The position numbers were made by a program, and so were the translations under genes. Below the pieces are notes generated by a model. The model was not told where the DNA came from. It saw only the letters and a program-made list of their open reading frames with translations, and did not search any database. From assembly GCA_934148995.1 (NCBI GenBank), contig CAKPDM010000001.1:4473-68472 (forward strand): DNA of 64,000 bases. Direction: 5' to 3'. Positions 1 through 9,826 of this stretch are shown here, one piece after another. Each line of letters begins with the position of its first letter. The first letter of the stretch is position 1. This stretch comes from an uncultured Bacilli bacterium. Its GTDB lineage: Bacteria; Bacillota_I; Bacilli_A; RF39; UBA660.

Positions 1-55
1 ATTAATTGATAAAATTTTCATAATATTCCTCTTTTCTAAAACAACTTTATTATAT

Positions 56-88
56 CTAAAAAAGATAGAAATGTAAACTTTCTATCTT
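56..88 (-). terminator. Intrinsic terminator after the JAB/MPN-like gene
   Basis: Perfect 10-bp stem AAGATAGAAA/TTTCTATCTT (62-71 / 79-88) with a 7-nt loop. The A-run at 58-63 on plus gives a U-run after the stem on minus. It lies about 40 nt past the stop at 128. Confidence 0.6.
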
Positions 89-127
89 GGTATAAATGAT
101 TAGAGTAAATATTCATCTTATAAGTAA

Positions 128-823
128 TTATCTGCGTCCTGTTCGGTGATAATTTTCTTCTTGATTCATATTGTAACAATTAACTGATCTAAGACCATTT
201 TCCTTTCTTACATAAACATTAGTAAAGCGATAGAAATTGTCACTAATATTGTCATAGAATAAAAAGTTAATATCACCTGTGCTTGTCACTAAACAACTGG
301 TTAGTTCGATTTGTTTATTTCTAAATGCAGAGTTATTTTGGTTCATTTCTATATAAGAAGCAAAGTCTCCAAGTGAAAAGTTCTGATGAAACTTGCTTAT
401 TGATGGATGAGAATGTCCATGACAAACTACAAAGTTCGAATTTAAATTATTATCGATTCTTCTTGTTAAATCATCAATCATAATCTGATTAAAAACTGCT
501 TCTGTACTTTGTCTATTATCTCTGTTACTATTTGTAAAAAAATCATCAAATTCAATTGTATTATTAGCAGTTTCTCTCCCATATAGAAAAAATGGTACTT
601 CTTTATCTTCTTTATTAGTAACATCTTGAATAGCTTGAAGAGAGCCATATACCTTATCGCTTAATATAATTGTAGCATTTGGCATATTGTTAATGGTTTC
701 AGAATTAATTGGTGTCATTTCTCCATAGTTATAAGTATCAAAGTTATACTTATGATATATACCATATGGATTTTTATTTATCATTATATCTTTTGCTTTT
801 TGAACACACTCTTCTCTTGTCAT
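128..823 (-). CDS. JAB/MPN(+)-like metalloprotease-domain protein, function unknown
   Basis: 231-aa ORF. EVPFFLYG ... CHGHSHPS ... FSLGD resembles the JAMM Glu / HxH / S-x2-D zinc motif, although the H-to-S spacing is longer than the textbook 7 residues. Confidence 0.4.
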   Translation of the reverse strand: MTREECVQKAKDIMINKNPYGIYHKYNFDTYNYGEMTPINSETINNMPNATIILSDKVYGSLQAIQDVTNKEDKEVPFFLYGRETANNTIEFDDFFTNSNRDNRQSTEAVFNQIMIDDLTRRIDNNLNSNFVVCHGHSHPSISKFHQNFSLGDFASYIEMNQNNSAFRNKQIELTSCLVTSTGDINFLFYDNISDNFYRFTNVYVRKENGLRSVNCYNMNQEENYHRTGRR

Positions 824-841
824 TTGATACTCCCTAAGCTT

Positions 842-2035
842 TTATTCTTCTACTGTTAAATTATAAGTATCTCTTGCAATCATTAATTCTTCATCGGTTG
901 CTAAAACATAAACTGGTATTTTAGATTCAGCACTAGAAATAATTCCTTCTATACCTTTTCTTACGATTGTTTCCTTATTCTTTTCTTCATCTAAATAAAT
1001 TCCTAATGGATAAAGCTTATTAACTGCTTCTTTTCTGATAATGTCATCATTTTCTCCACCACCAGCAGTGAAACAAATAGCATCTACTTTTCCACCTAGT
1101 TTAACATAGTATTTTGCAACATAATCAACTATTTTATCAGTATACATATCAAGTGCTAATAAAGCTTTAGCATCACGTGCTTCATAAGCTCTATCGATAT
1201 CTCTTAAATCGCTCATTCCAGCGATTCCTTCAAGACCACTCTTCTTATTTAACTGACTATCCATCCAGTCTAAGTTTCTTTCTTCCTTTTTCATTATATA
1301 AGAAAGAATTGAGTAATCTATATCACCTGATCTTGTTCCCATCATAATTCCAGCATTTGGTGTGAATCCCATTGATGTATCAATAGATTTACCATCTTTT
1401 ACTGCTGTTATAGAAGCACCATTTCCAATATGACAAATAATCAGATTAGGATTTTTTCCTAGGATTTCTTTCATTTTTTCTGTAATAAACTTATGACTTA
1501 GTCCATGAAAGCCATATTTTCTAACATCATACTTAACATACCATTCATATGGTACTGGATATAAATATGTTTTTTCTTTCATTGTTTGATGAAAAGCAGT
1601 ATCAAAGCAAGCTACTAACTTAGCATTAGGAATATTTTTCTTAAAGGCATAGATTCCTTTTAAAGCTGCTGGATTATGAAGTGGTGCTAAATCACTAATT
1701 TCTTCAATCTCCATTAATACTCTATCGGTTATTTCAACTGATTTAGAATATTTATTTCCACCATGAACAACACGGTTTCCGACTGCTTCGATTTCATCTA
1801 AAGAAGATATTACTTTATTATTTATTAATTCTTCTAGTAAAATCTTGACAGCTTCATTATGGTCTTTTAAAGGAACATCTTTACTAATTTTTTCATCACC
1901 AATTCTGATGCTATAACAACTTCCAAAAAGACCAATTCGCTCAAACATTCCTTTCATTAAAAGTTTTTCTTCTGGCATTTCGTATAAGCGAAATTTTAAA
2001 GAACTACTCCCAGCGTTAACTGATAATAATTTCAT
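842..2035 (-). CDS. ackA: Acetate kinase
   Basis: 397 aa. N-terminal LSVNAGSSSLKF motif and full-length acetate kinase-like sequence. AAGGAG Shine-Dalgarno upstream. Confidence 0.93.
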   Translation of the reverse strand: MKLLSVNAGSSSLKFRLYEMPEEKLLMKGMFERIGLFGSCYSIRIGDEKISKDVPLKDHNEAVKILLEELINNKVISSLDEIEAVGNRVVHGGNKYSKSVEITDRVLMEIEEISDLAPLHNPAALKGIYAFKKNIPNAKLVACFDTAFHQTMKEKTYLYPVPYEWYVKYDVRKYGFHGLSHKFITEKMKEILGKNPNLIICHIGNGASITAVKDGKSIDTSMGFTPNAGIMMGTRSGDIDYSILSYIMKKEERNLDWMDSQLNKKSGLEGIAGMSDLRDIDRAYEARDAKALLALDMYTDKIVDYVAKYYVKLGGKVDAICFTAGGGENDDIIRKEAVNKLYPLGIYLDEEKNKETIVRKGIEGIISSAESKIPVYVLATDEELMIARDTYNLTVEE

Positions 2036-2252
2036 TTTTTTGCATCTCCTTTTACTTATTGTAACAGAACATATTTAAAAATTCCAATTATTTTGTTACT
2101 TTATATGATAGCCATTAGAATTTAGTCCTATTTTCTTCAAGACTTTAACTTTATTTTCTATATTCATCTTTCAGAATTTTTTCCAGATTTATAATTTCTT
2201 CATATTTGTCAAACATTTTAAATCACCTAACTTTATTATAAATAAATCAAAC

Positions 2253-2280
2253 AAAAAAAGATAGGCTTTTTCAGCCTATC
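2253..2280 (-). terminator. Intrinsic terminator after the SASP gene
   Basis: Stem GATAGGC/GCCTATC (2260-2266 / 2274-2280). The A7 run at 2253-2259 on plus gives a U-run on minus. Confidence 0.6.
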
Positions 2281-2297
2281 GACTAAGTTATCTATTA

Positions 2298-2513
2298 TTA
2301 TTTGTTAGTATAACTTCCGCTTACTTGATTAAGTCCATTTTGAACTAAACGTCTTGTGATTTCACCACCAACTGATCCGTTGGCACGAGAAGTAGCATCT
2401 GGTCCTAAATTAACACCGAATTCATTAGCGATTTCGTATTTCATTTTATCGATAGCTTGTTTAGCACCAGGAACACGCATCTTCATTGAACTGTTGTTAC
2501 TTGAATTAGTCAT
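2298..2513 (-). CDS. Small acid-soluble spore protein, alpha/beta type
   Basis: 71 aa. [10 protein letters not shown] ... [14 protein letters not shown] are the two conserved alpha/beta-SASP blocks. Confidence 0.88.
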   Translation of the reverse strand: MTNSSNNSSMKMRVPGAKQAIDKMKYEIANEFGVNLGPDATSRANGSVGGEITRRLVQNGLNQVSGSYTNK

Positions 2514-2586
2514 TGTTTCACCTCCTACATTAGTAGAATGTGAAGTTTTTTAAATTTCATACATCTTTTTTTATGGTAATTTTTTC

Positions 2587-3774
2587 CTATAGAAATTCTT
2601 TTAAATTTTCTTCTTGTTCGTTTTTAATTTTTAAAGTAAATGTCTCATTAACGGTTTCTTTTAAAAGTTCTTCAAAGGAAAAAGTTTCTTCTTGTTTAAT
2701 ACATTCATCTAAGCTTGGATTAATAACGGGATGTTTAGGAACAAATACTGTACAACAATCTTCATATGGTAAGATACTAGTTTCATAAGTATCAATTTTT
2801 TTAGCAATATCAATTATTTCTAATTTATCGAAACAAGCTACTGGTCTAATAACTGGATAATTAGTTACATTATTAATAACATGCATACTGTGTAAAGTCT
2901 GACTTGCTACTTGACCAATACTTTCACCATTAATAATAGCATAAGCTTTATTTTTCTTAGCTAACATTTCCATTATTCGATACATCATTCGACGCATTAT
3001 AGTGATAACATAATCTTCTTTAACATTTTTATAAATTTCTTCTTGAATTTTGGTAAATGGTACAATGTGAACTTTTACTTCGTTTTGATATTTAGCAAGT
3101 TTTTTAGCTAACGTTAAAACTTTCTCTCTAGCTTCTAAACTAGTATGTGGTATAGCTTCAAAGTAAACTGCATCAACTTTAATTCCACGTTTCATAGCAA
3201 GATAACCTGCTACTGGTGAATCAATTCCACCACTTAACATTAATAATCCTTTTGGTTGTGTGCCAATTGGGTAACCGCCAAGTCCTTTAAAAGCATTATA
3301 ATAAATTAATGTTTTTTCTTTTAATATTTCTATATTGATAATAACTTCAGGATTATGAACATCTACTTTTATATTGTTTTTATTCTTTAAAACTATTCCT
3401 CCAAAATATGGTGCTAACTCTTCACTAGTTCCTTTAAAGGATTTATCACTTCTTTTAACTTTTACTTTAAAGGTTTTAAATTCAACTTTTTCCACAGTTT
3501 CTGTTAATAACTTAGTAATTTCTTCTTTGGTTGATTCACAAGTATATATCATATGATAAGAATGAATTCCAAATGTTCTTTTTATAGCATTTATTACTTG
3601 CTCTTCTTCCTCCTCATCGTATGTTATATACATCCTCGCCAAGTCCATAGTTATATTGGCATTATAGTTTTTTAATTTTGTTTCTAAATTATTTTTTAAG
3701 GTTTTAACAAAGAAATTTCTATTACCTTTTTTGGTAGTTAATTCTCCATATTTTATTAATATCATTTTCTCCAT
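2587..3774 (-). CDS. thiI: tRNA 4-thiouridine synthase ThiI
   Basis: 395 aa. N-terminal IKYGELTTKKGNR (THUMP/ferredoxin-like start) and the PP-loop SGGIDSPVAGY. Confidence 0.9.
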   Translation of the reverse strand: MEKMILIKYGELTTKKGNRNFFVKTLKNNLETKLKNYNANITMDLARMYITYDEEEEEQVINAIKRTFGIHSYHMIYTCESTKEEITKLLTETVEKVEFKTFKVKVKRSDKSFKGTSEELAPYFGGIVLKNKNNIKVDVHNPEVIINIEILKEKTLIYYNAFKGLGGYPIGTQPKGLLMLSGGIDSPVAGYLAMKRGIKVDAVYFEAIPHTSLEAREKVLTLAKKLAKYQNEVKVHIVPFTKIQEEIYKNVKEDYVITIMRRMMYRIMEMLAKKNKAYAIINGESIGQVASQTLHSMHVINNVTNYPVIRPVACFDKLEIIDIAKKIDTYETSILPYEDCCTVFVPKHPVINPSLDECIKQEETFSFEELLKETVNETFTLKIKNEQEENLKEFL

Positions 3775-4877
3775 TATAGTATCTCCTCCTTTAAAACTTT
3801 TATGAACGTATCAATTTCTTCTTTGGTATTATCTTTTGAAAAACTAACTCGTAGTGAACTTTTACTTATCTCCATATTATTAGTTAGTGCATATAAGGTC
3901 TGAGAATATGTTTCTTTAGATGAACAAGCTGTTTTACTGGAAATATAAATATCAAAAAGTTCGAAGGTATGTAAAACTGTCTCCGGCTTCTTTCCGATTA
4001 TACTAAAGTTTAAAATATAAGGAGAAGCATCAACTGGAGAATTAATTATGACATTTAAATTAGTTAGGTTTTCTCTTAAATAGTTGTTAAGATCTTGTAC
4101 TTTCTTTGTATTTTCTTCTTGTTCTGTTAGTATTAAGCGAAGAGCTTTTGCTAGAGAAGCTATTAATGGTACTGATGGTGTTCCAGCACGATAAATAGTT
4201 TGACTATCTCCACCAGCTATTAATGGGGAAAGATTTATCTTTTCTTTTTTTATTAAGCAAGCTATTCCTTTAATGCCAAAAAACTTATGCGCACTAAAAC
4301 TAAATAAATCTACATTGTCTAGTTTAACTGGTATTTTTCCGACACTTTGTGTTCCATCGACATGAAAAATAGTTTTAGGGTATTTCTTTATTAGTTTGCC
4401 AATTGTATCAATATCTTGAATAATACCTGTTTCACTATTTACGTGATGAATAGTGACAAGGACCGGTTCTTCTTCCAATAGTTCTGTTAAATTTTGTAAA
4501 TTTATATGTCCCTTGTCATCAAGTTTGACATATTTGACAGTTATTTTATCATCTAGTTGATGTAAAGTTTCTATTATTGAAGCATGTTCTAGTAAGGTAG
4601 TAATAACTAGCTTCTTACGATGCTTATAAGAATTAATTACGCCTTTTATCGCCATATTATTAGATTCACTTGAACTAGAAGTAAAAATAACTTCATCACT
4701 TTTTACTCCTAAAAGATTAGCTACTTGACTTTCTGCTTCTTTCATAAGTTTTTTACTTTTTAGACCTAATTTATGTAAAGAGTTAGGATTAGCAAAAAAC
4801 TCTTCACTTACTTTATAAAAGGTATCAAGAACTTCTTTTCTCGTTTTAGTTGTTGCACTGTTATCAAAATAAATCAT
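3774..4877 (-). CDS. Cysteine desulfurase (class V aminotransferase, NifS/IscS-like)
   Basis: MIYFDNSATT start, SFSAHKFFGIKG PLP-lysine motif. The likely start is the internal ATG at 4877, preceded by AAGGAGG; the ORF track extends to 4913. Paired with thiI as in Bacillus. Confidence 0.85.
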   Translation of the reverse strand: MIYFDNSATTKTRKEVLDTFYKVSEEFFANPNSLHKLGLKSKKLMKEAESQVANLLGVKSDEVIFTSSSSESNNMAIKGVINSYKHRKKLVITTLLEHASIIETLHQLDDKITVKYVKLDDKGHINLQNLTELLEEEPVLVTIHHVNSETGIIQDIDTIGKLIKKYPKTIFHVDGTQSVGKIPVKLDNVDLFSFSAHKFFGIKGIACLIKKEKINLSPLIAGGDSQTIYRAGTPSVPLIASLAKALRLILTEQEENTKKVQDLNNYLRENLTNLNVIINSPVDASPYILNFSIIGKKPETVLHTFELFDIYISSKTACSSKETYSQTLYALTNNMEISKSSLRVSFSKDNTKEEIDTFIKVLKEEIL

Positions 4878-4945
4878 AAGGTACCTCCTTTTTATAACAA
4901 GCTTATTATACACTGTTTTTGATTATTTCAAAAGAAAAAAAGGAA

Positions 4946-6115
4946 TTAACTTCCTCCTAGATATTTCCAATGAGCATAATAAGTTGTGTCACTTGCAGGT
5001 ACTAAGTCATCTTCTGATACTTTTGTTCCTTCTATCGGGTCTGTGTACCAACCTAGTAGTTGATAGTTATTTCTTGCAAGATGAGGAAACGTTTCCAAAT
5101 TTGTTCCTGATTTTTTTACTAAATCTGATGTACTAAGGCTACCTTCTTGTATTTGAAGATTTCTTATCTTTATATTAATATTTTTTTCAATTTGCTTTCG
5201 AAAGTAGATAACAAACGCTGAATAACCGGCACCATCAGTGGTTGTAAATGTCTGAGTATATCTATTCCACTTATTTTTCAAAGTATAAAATTGATAACCA
5301 TTTTGTTCACTTCCAATTCTCATTTCTGCATCTTCTGAAATAATTCCTTCAAAAATGTAGGTATATTTTTTATTTAATGGTAAAAGTTTCTTACTATTAA
5401 AGTACCAACCCCAATCATTTAAAACATCACCAGAAAAAACTCTTCCAACATTATCATAGAAAGTATTAGTGTTAGTTAAACTATTTATGTTATTGCAACA
5501 AAACATATAGTAATTAATGTTATAATAACTATCAAACACATCATTCACTAAATAGTTATAATCATAAGTTATTTTAGAAGTCTCGCTACTACTTGTTAGT
5601 TCTTGATTTGCTTCTACTCTTAATTTAGTTTTAAATACTTGACCACCAATATCCCCATTGATATCAGAATTTAACCATATTCTTAAAATAAAATCAGTTT
5701 TTTCTCTTCTTTTTAAAACTCCTTCATAAAGTTTTCTATCAGATAATTCTTTTGGTTCATAAATGTCACCATCTATTTCTAAACTATATTTGATAAATTT
5801 ATCATCTAATCTAATCTGATTAGCTTCGATTGTATCATCGTCAAGATAAATGCTATAACTAGCAGTAAAATTACCAGTGTTTTCTATAGAAAACTTATAA
5901 CCATCTTCTTGAAGAGCAGTTTCATCGGCTAAAAAATCTCCTGATAACAGACCAATAGAATTTTCTTTTAAACTGAAATTAAAGTTTCCAACTCGCATTA
6001 CTTGAACTTTTTCAGAAGAAATATTTTGTTTCAACCAAGCATAAGTTATTCCTAGTCCTAAAGCTATTATTGCTAAAATAATTAGTAATATTATATAAGT
6101 TTTTCGTCTTTTCAT
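4946..6115 (-). CDS. Secreted/anchored protein; N-terminal domain paralogous to 60948-62732; C-terminal Listeria-Bacteroides (Flg_new-type) repeat
   Basis: The start at 6115 follows AAAGGAG. It has a TM/signal segment ending GITYAWLKQ, a shared ~180-aa N-domain (YSIYLDDD, FILRIWLNS, KTKLRVEANQ), and a C-terminal LLGWYTDP...YYAHWKY repeat. Confidence 0.6.
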   Translation of the reverse strand: MKRRKTYIILLIILAIIALGLGITYAWLKQNISSEKVQVMRVGNFNFSLKENSIGLLSGDFLADETALQEDGYKFSIENTGNFTASYSIYLDDDTIEANQIRLDDKFIKYSLEIDGDIYEPKELSDRKLYEGVLKRREKTDFILRIWLNSDINGDIGGQVFKTKLRVEANQELTSSSETSKITYDYNYLVNDVFDSYYNINYYMFCCNNINSLTNTNTFYDNVGRVFSGDVLNDWGWYFNSKKLLPLNKKYTYIFEGIISEDAEMRIGSEQNGYQFYTLKNKWNRYTQTFTTTDGAGYSAFVIYFRKQIEKNINIKIRNLQIQEGSLSTSDLVKKSGTNLETFPHLARNNYQLLGWYTDPIEGTKVSEDDLVPASDTTYYAHWKYLGGS

Positions 6116-6173
6116 TTTTTCTCCTTTACACACTAAAAAAACAGAATAAGATTAGTTTCCTATTCCGTTTATT

Positions 6174-6272
6174 GCACTATTAAAGAAAGTAGAGTTGTTA
6201 CTTAGTGCTAATAAGTACCCCCCCCCAGGTTAATTTTGAGTTAACTCCCTGAGATGGAAATAGTGAACAATT
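6174..6272 (-). promoter_or_regulatory. Conserved upstream element with a G9 homopolymer (copy A)
   Basis: C9 run at 6218-6226 on plus (G9 on the gene-sense strand), next to a GTTAA/TTAAC hairpin (6229-6245). The flanking blocks GCACTATTAAAGAAAGTAG and GAACAATT are shared with 62802-62911. It lies about 60-160 nt upstream of the start at 6115. Confidence 0.55.
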
Positions 6273-6363
6273 GGGATTCATCAAATTATCAGTCATAAAT
6301 TGTTCACATACTTTCTTTAATTTATATATTATATTTTAACAAAGTAATAAATCTTTTTCAAGA

Positions 6364-7941
6364 TTACTTTTCAGTAGTAGTTGGTATTAAATTATTTGTA
6401 GCAAGAAAGTTACTTGCTACTTCCTCTGGAGATTTACCAAGCTCATCCACTTCATAATTTAACTCTTGCATTACCTCATCAGTTAGATATGGTCCAAGTT
6501 TTGACATTAAAGTTTCAAGCTCTGGATACTTTTCTAAAGTCTTTTGTTTTAAAATAGGTACAGCATAGTATGGTGGAAAGAAGTTTTTATCATCTTCTAA
6601 TACTGTTAAATTAAACTTTCTCAATAAACCATCAGTAGTAAAAGCATCGATTACTTGACTATTATTATTCAAAAGAGCAGTATACCTTGGACTGCCATCC
6701 ATTGCTATAGTACTTTTAAACTCCAAATTATAGTTAGTTAAAAGTCCAGGTAGGCCATCTTTCCTATTAACAAATTCAAGAGTTGGAGAAATAGTTAAAT
6801 CTTTTGAGATTTTGGCTAAGTCACTAATTGTTCTTAAATTGTATTTACTAGCTAGTTCCTTAGTAACTGCTAACGAATAAGTGTTATTAAAACTCATCGG
6901 AGAAAGTACCGCTATATCATATTTACTAGCAAACTCTTTTTTTACTGTTTGATAAACCTTATCAACATCAGATATAGGATCATACTTTAAAATATCAGTA
7001 TAATCAGTACCTAGATAATCAATATAAAAATCTATATCATCTCTTTGTAATGCTTGAAATACAACTTGTGCTCCTCCTAAATTACATTGCTTATTAACTT
7101 TGATATTACTATTACGTTCAATATAAATACTAGACATTTCACAAAGAATATTTTGTTCTGTAAAGTCTTTACTAGCAACGGTTAAAGTATTTTCACTATC
7201 CTTTTTAAAATCAATTTTACTTATTAGAAAACCTAGAAATAAAATGGCAATTGCAACTAAAATTATCTTATCTTTTTTCCTGCTTTTTAAGACACTTTCT
7301 TTCTTCTTACCTTTTAGTTGAAGAGCTACTGGTGTCACTAAACGTTCAATAATAGAAAATAAATAATCAACGAAAAGTGCTAAGAAACAAGCCGGTATGG
7401 CTCCAGCTAAAATTTGATTATTGTTAACTGTTCTAATACCAGAAAAAATTAAATAACCAAGTCCTCCACCACCGATGAAGGCAGCCATTGTCATTAGGCC
7501 AACAGCAGAAACTGCAGAAATTCGAACACCAGCCATTATAATTGGTAAAGCCTGTGGTATTTGAATTTTAAAAAGTATCTGACTATTAGTTAGACCTATT
7601 CCTTTAGCTGATTCTATCATTGTATCAGAAATACCAGAGATACCTGTTGCAGTATTTTTAATAATTGGTAAAAGCGAATATAAAACTACTACCACAATAG
7701 CAGGAACTGTTCCAATTCCTAAAAATGGTATCATAAAACCAAGAAGTGCCATACTAGGTATTGCTTGAAAAACACTCGCTATTCCTAGAATTGGTTTGTT
7801 TAACTTTTTAAAATAACTAACTAATATTCCGATTGGGATACCAATCACGATTGCTAACAACACAGCAAAGAAAGTTAGTTCTATATGTTCAAGAAATAAA
7901 GACCAAATTTGTGCTTTATTTTCAAAAAAATAAGTTACCAT
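6364..7941 (-). CDS. Osmoprotectant (glycine betaine/choline family) ABC transporter, permease fused to substrate-binding domain
   Basis: 525 aa. The N-terminal half is a multi-TM permease; the C-terminal half resembles OpuBC/OpuCC-type binding proteins. Its start overlaps the stop of the ATPase gene. Confidence 0.8.
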   Translation of the reverse strand: MVTYFFENKAQIWSLFLEHIELTFFAVLLAIVIGIPIGILVSYFKKLNKPILGIASVFQAIPSMALLGFMIPFLGIGTVPAIVVVVLYSLLPIIKNTATGISGISDTMIESAKGIGLTNSQILFKIQIPQALPIIMAGVRISAVSAVGLMTMAAFIGGGGLGYLIFSGIRTVNNNQILAGAIPACFLALFVDYLFSIIERLVTPVALQLKGKKKESVLKSRKKDKIILVAIAILFLGFLISKIDFKKDSENTLTVASKDFTEQNILCEMSSIYIERNSNIKVNKQCNLGGAQVVFQALQRDDIDFYIDYLGTDYTDILKYDPISDVDKVYQTVKKEFASKYDIAVLSPMSFNNTYSLAVTKELASKYNLRTISDLAKISKDLTISPTLEFVNRKDGLPGLLTNYNLEFKSTIAMDGSPRYTALLNNNSQVIDAFTTDGLLRKFNLTVLEDDKNFFPPYYAVPILKQKTLEKYPELETLMSKLGPYLTDEVMQELNYEVDELGKSPEEVASNFLATNNLIPTTTEK

Positions 7942-9059
7942 TATACTTCCTCCTCAAGAAATTGCTGTGATAAAGCTGTTATTAAACTACTTCTAGTTAT
8001 TAGACCTACCAATTTTCCAGTTTCATCTACTACTGGAATGTTGGATAATCTATTTTCTTTAACTAATTTCGTTAACTCAATTATAGTATTTTCTTTATCA
8101 ACCGTCACGACATCACTTATCATAAAGTCTTTATCTTTCTTTTTTGTAGCCTTGGCCCCTTGTAAACTTTCTGCATATAAACACCCAAGAAATAATCCTT
8201 GCTCATCAACAATCATTAAACTATCTATTCTCATCATTTTCATCTTATTTAAACAGTAAAATATAGAATAATTAGGAGAACCAGTTATTGGATGTTCTAT
8301 CATTAAATCTTTTACTTTGATGAGGGTTGGTTGACTCCAGATTCTTTTCTTTCCAACAAAATTTTCTACAAATTGATTAGCTGGGTGTTTTAAAATGTTT
8401 TCTGGTGTATCATATTGTACTAATTTTCCCTTCTCCATAATAGCTATTTTATCAGCAAGCTTGATAGCTTCATCCATATCGTGAGTTACAAAAACTATTG
8501 TTTTATGAAGTCTATTTTGTATTTTTAAAAGTTCTTCTTGCAAACTGGTTCTAGAAATAGGGTCAAGAGCAGAAAATGGTTCGTCCATTAAAATGATTTT
8601 AGGATCTGTCATAAATGCTCTAGCTATTCCTATTCGTTGTTGCTGACCTCCTGATAGTTCACTAGGATATCTATCTAGCATTTCTTCTTTTAAACCGACC
8701 ATTTTTAAGACTTCTTTTATTCTTTTTGCTATTTTTTCTTTGGAATATTTTTCAGTTTTTGCTATTATCTCAATATTTTCTTTGATGGTCATATGTGGAA
8801 ATAAACCTGTTTGTTGAATTACATACCCCATATTTCTTCTTAAATCTATGTCATTTAATTCTTTTATGTTAACTCCATCTATATATATTTCTCCACTAGT
8901 AGGTGTGATAAGTTTGTTTAACATTTTCAAAGTTGTTGTTTTTCCACAACCTGATTCACCAATCAATGTTACTAGTTCACCATCTTTAATAGTTAAAGAA
9001 ATTTCATCTAGAATGGTATTACTCTTATACTTTTTACTTACTTCTTTCAACTCTATCAT
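7941..9059 (-). CDS. Osmoprotectant ABC transporter ATPase with tandem CBS domains
   Basis: 372 aa. Walker A GESGCGKTT, signature LSGGQQQR, Walker B ILMDEP, and a C-terminal CBS pair. Confidence 0.88.
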   Translation of the reverse strand: MIELKEVSKKYKSNTILDEISLTIKDGELVTLIGESGCGKTTTLKMLNKLITPTSGEIYIDGVNIKELNDIDLRRNMGYVIQQTGLFPHMTIKENIEIIAKTEKYSKEKIAKRIKEVLKMVGLKEEMLDRYPSELSGGQQQRIGIARAFMTDPKIILMDEPFSALDPISRTSLQEELLKIQNRLHKTIVFVTHDMDEAIKLADKIAIMEKGKLVQYDTPENILKHPANQFVENFVGKKRIWSQPTLIKVKDLMIEHPITGSPNYSIFYCLNKMKMMRIDSLMIVDEQGLFLGCLYAESLQGAKATKKKDKDFMISDVVTVDKENTIIELTKLVKENRLSNIPVVDETGKLVGLITRSSLITALSQQFLEEEV

Positions 9060-9163
9060 AACATCACTCTCTCTTATTTTAATTATACAGTCAAAAGAAA
9101 AAAATGTATTAGGAAATACACTTTTCTTATTAAAAATGGACAGATTTTGTCATATTTTTGTTT

Positions 9164-9826
9164 TTATTTATTATCTTTATAATCTCTACAAATTTCTTTT
9201 AAAGGACAGAAAGTACAGTCTGGTTTTATAGCTTTACAGTAGTATCTTCCAAATAATACTAGTTGTAAATGGCGTCTTGCCCATTCATCTTTTGGAAAAA
9301 TTTTTTTTAATTTTTCTTCTACTTGCAAGACATTATCTTCACTACTGGCTATTTTTAATCTTTTACTTATTCTTTCAACATGAGTATCAACAGCAAAGGC
9401 TGGATAGTTATAAAACTCACTAAAAAATACATTAACAGTCTTTCTTCCAACGCCTTTTAGTTTTTCTAGACTCTCCCTATCGGTTGGAACTTTTCCGTTA
9501 TATTTAGTATCTAAATTATAGGCGATATCTTTAACATAAACAGCTTTTTTTCGAAAGGAACCGATTGGTTTTAAGATTTCTTCTAATGATGTAATTGGTG
9601 CTTCACTGAGTTCTTTTAAGGTTTTATATTTATTAAAAAGTATTGGTGTTACAGTGTTTACTCTTTTATCAGTTGTTTGAGCACTTAAAACAATAGCGAT
9701 TAAAAGCTCATAATCGTTATGATAAGTCAATTCACATTTAGGGTCTGGAAATAATTTTTCTAAATAATTAGAAATGATTTCTTTCTTTTCAGTCTTCGTC
9801 ATCTTCATCAAACCAGTCATAATCAA
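9164..9826 (-). CDS. nth: Endonuclease III
   Basis: HhH-GPD motif LKGVGRKTVNV and a C-terminal 4Fe-4S cluster C-x6-C-x2-C-x5-C. The true start may be the internal MTKTEKK. Confidence 0.88.
   Translation of the reverse strand: MIMTGLMKMTKTEKKEIISNYLEKLFPDPKCELTYHNDYELLIAIVLSAQTTDKRVNTVTPILFNKYKTLKELSEAPITSLEEILKPIGSFRKKAVYVKDIAYNLDTKYNGKVPTDRESLEKLKGVGRKTVNVFFSEFYNYPAFAVDTHVERISKRLKIASSEDNVLQVEEKLKKIFPKDEWARRHLQLVLFGRYYCKAIKPDCTFCPLKEICRDYKDNK

Noticed and set aside
1-21. Possible start of a minus-strand gene (AAGAGGAATATT-ATG-AAAATTTTATCAATTAAT) running off the left edge
   Set aside because: Only 7 codons are visible, so it cannot be identified or confirmed.
128-823. Reading CHGHSHP as a metallophosphoesterase GHxH motif
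   Set aside because: The upstream DxH, GDxxD and GNH(D/E) motifs of calcineurin-like phosphoesterases are absent. The E / HxH / SxxD arrangement fits JAB/MPN better.
2151-2216. 21-codon minus-strand ORF (MFDKYEEIINLEKILKDEYRK) with an AGGTGA Shine-Dalgarno, between the SASP gene and ackA
   Set aside because: It is too short to support without conservation or expression data. It is noted only as a possible small peptide.
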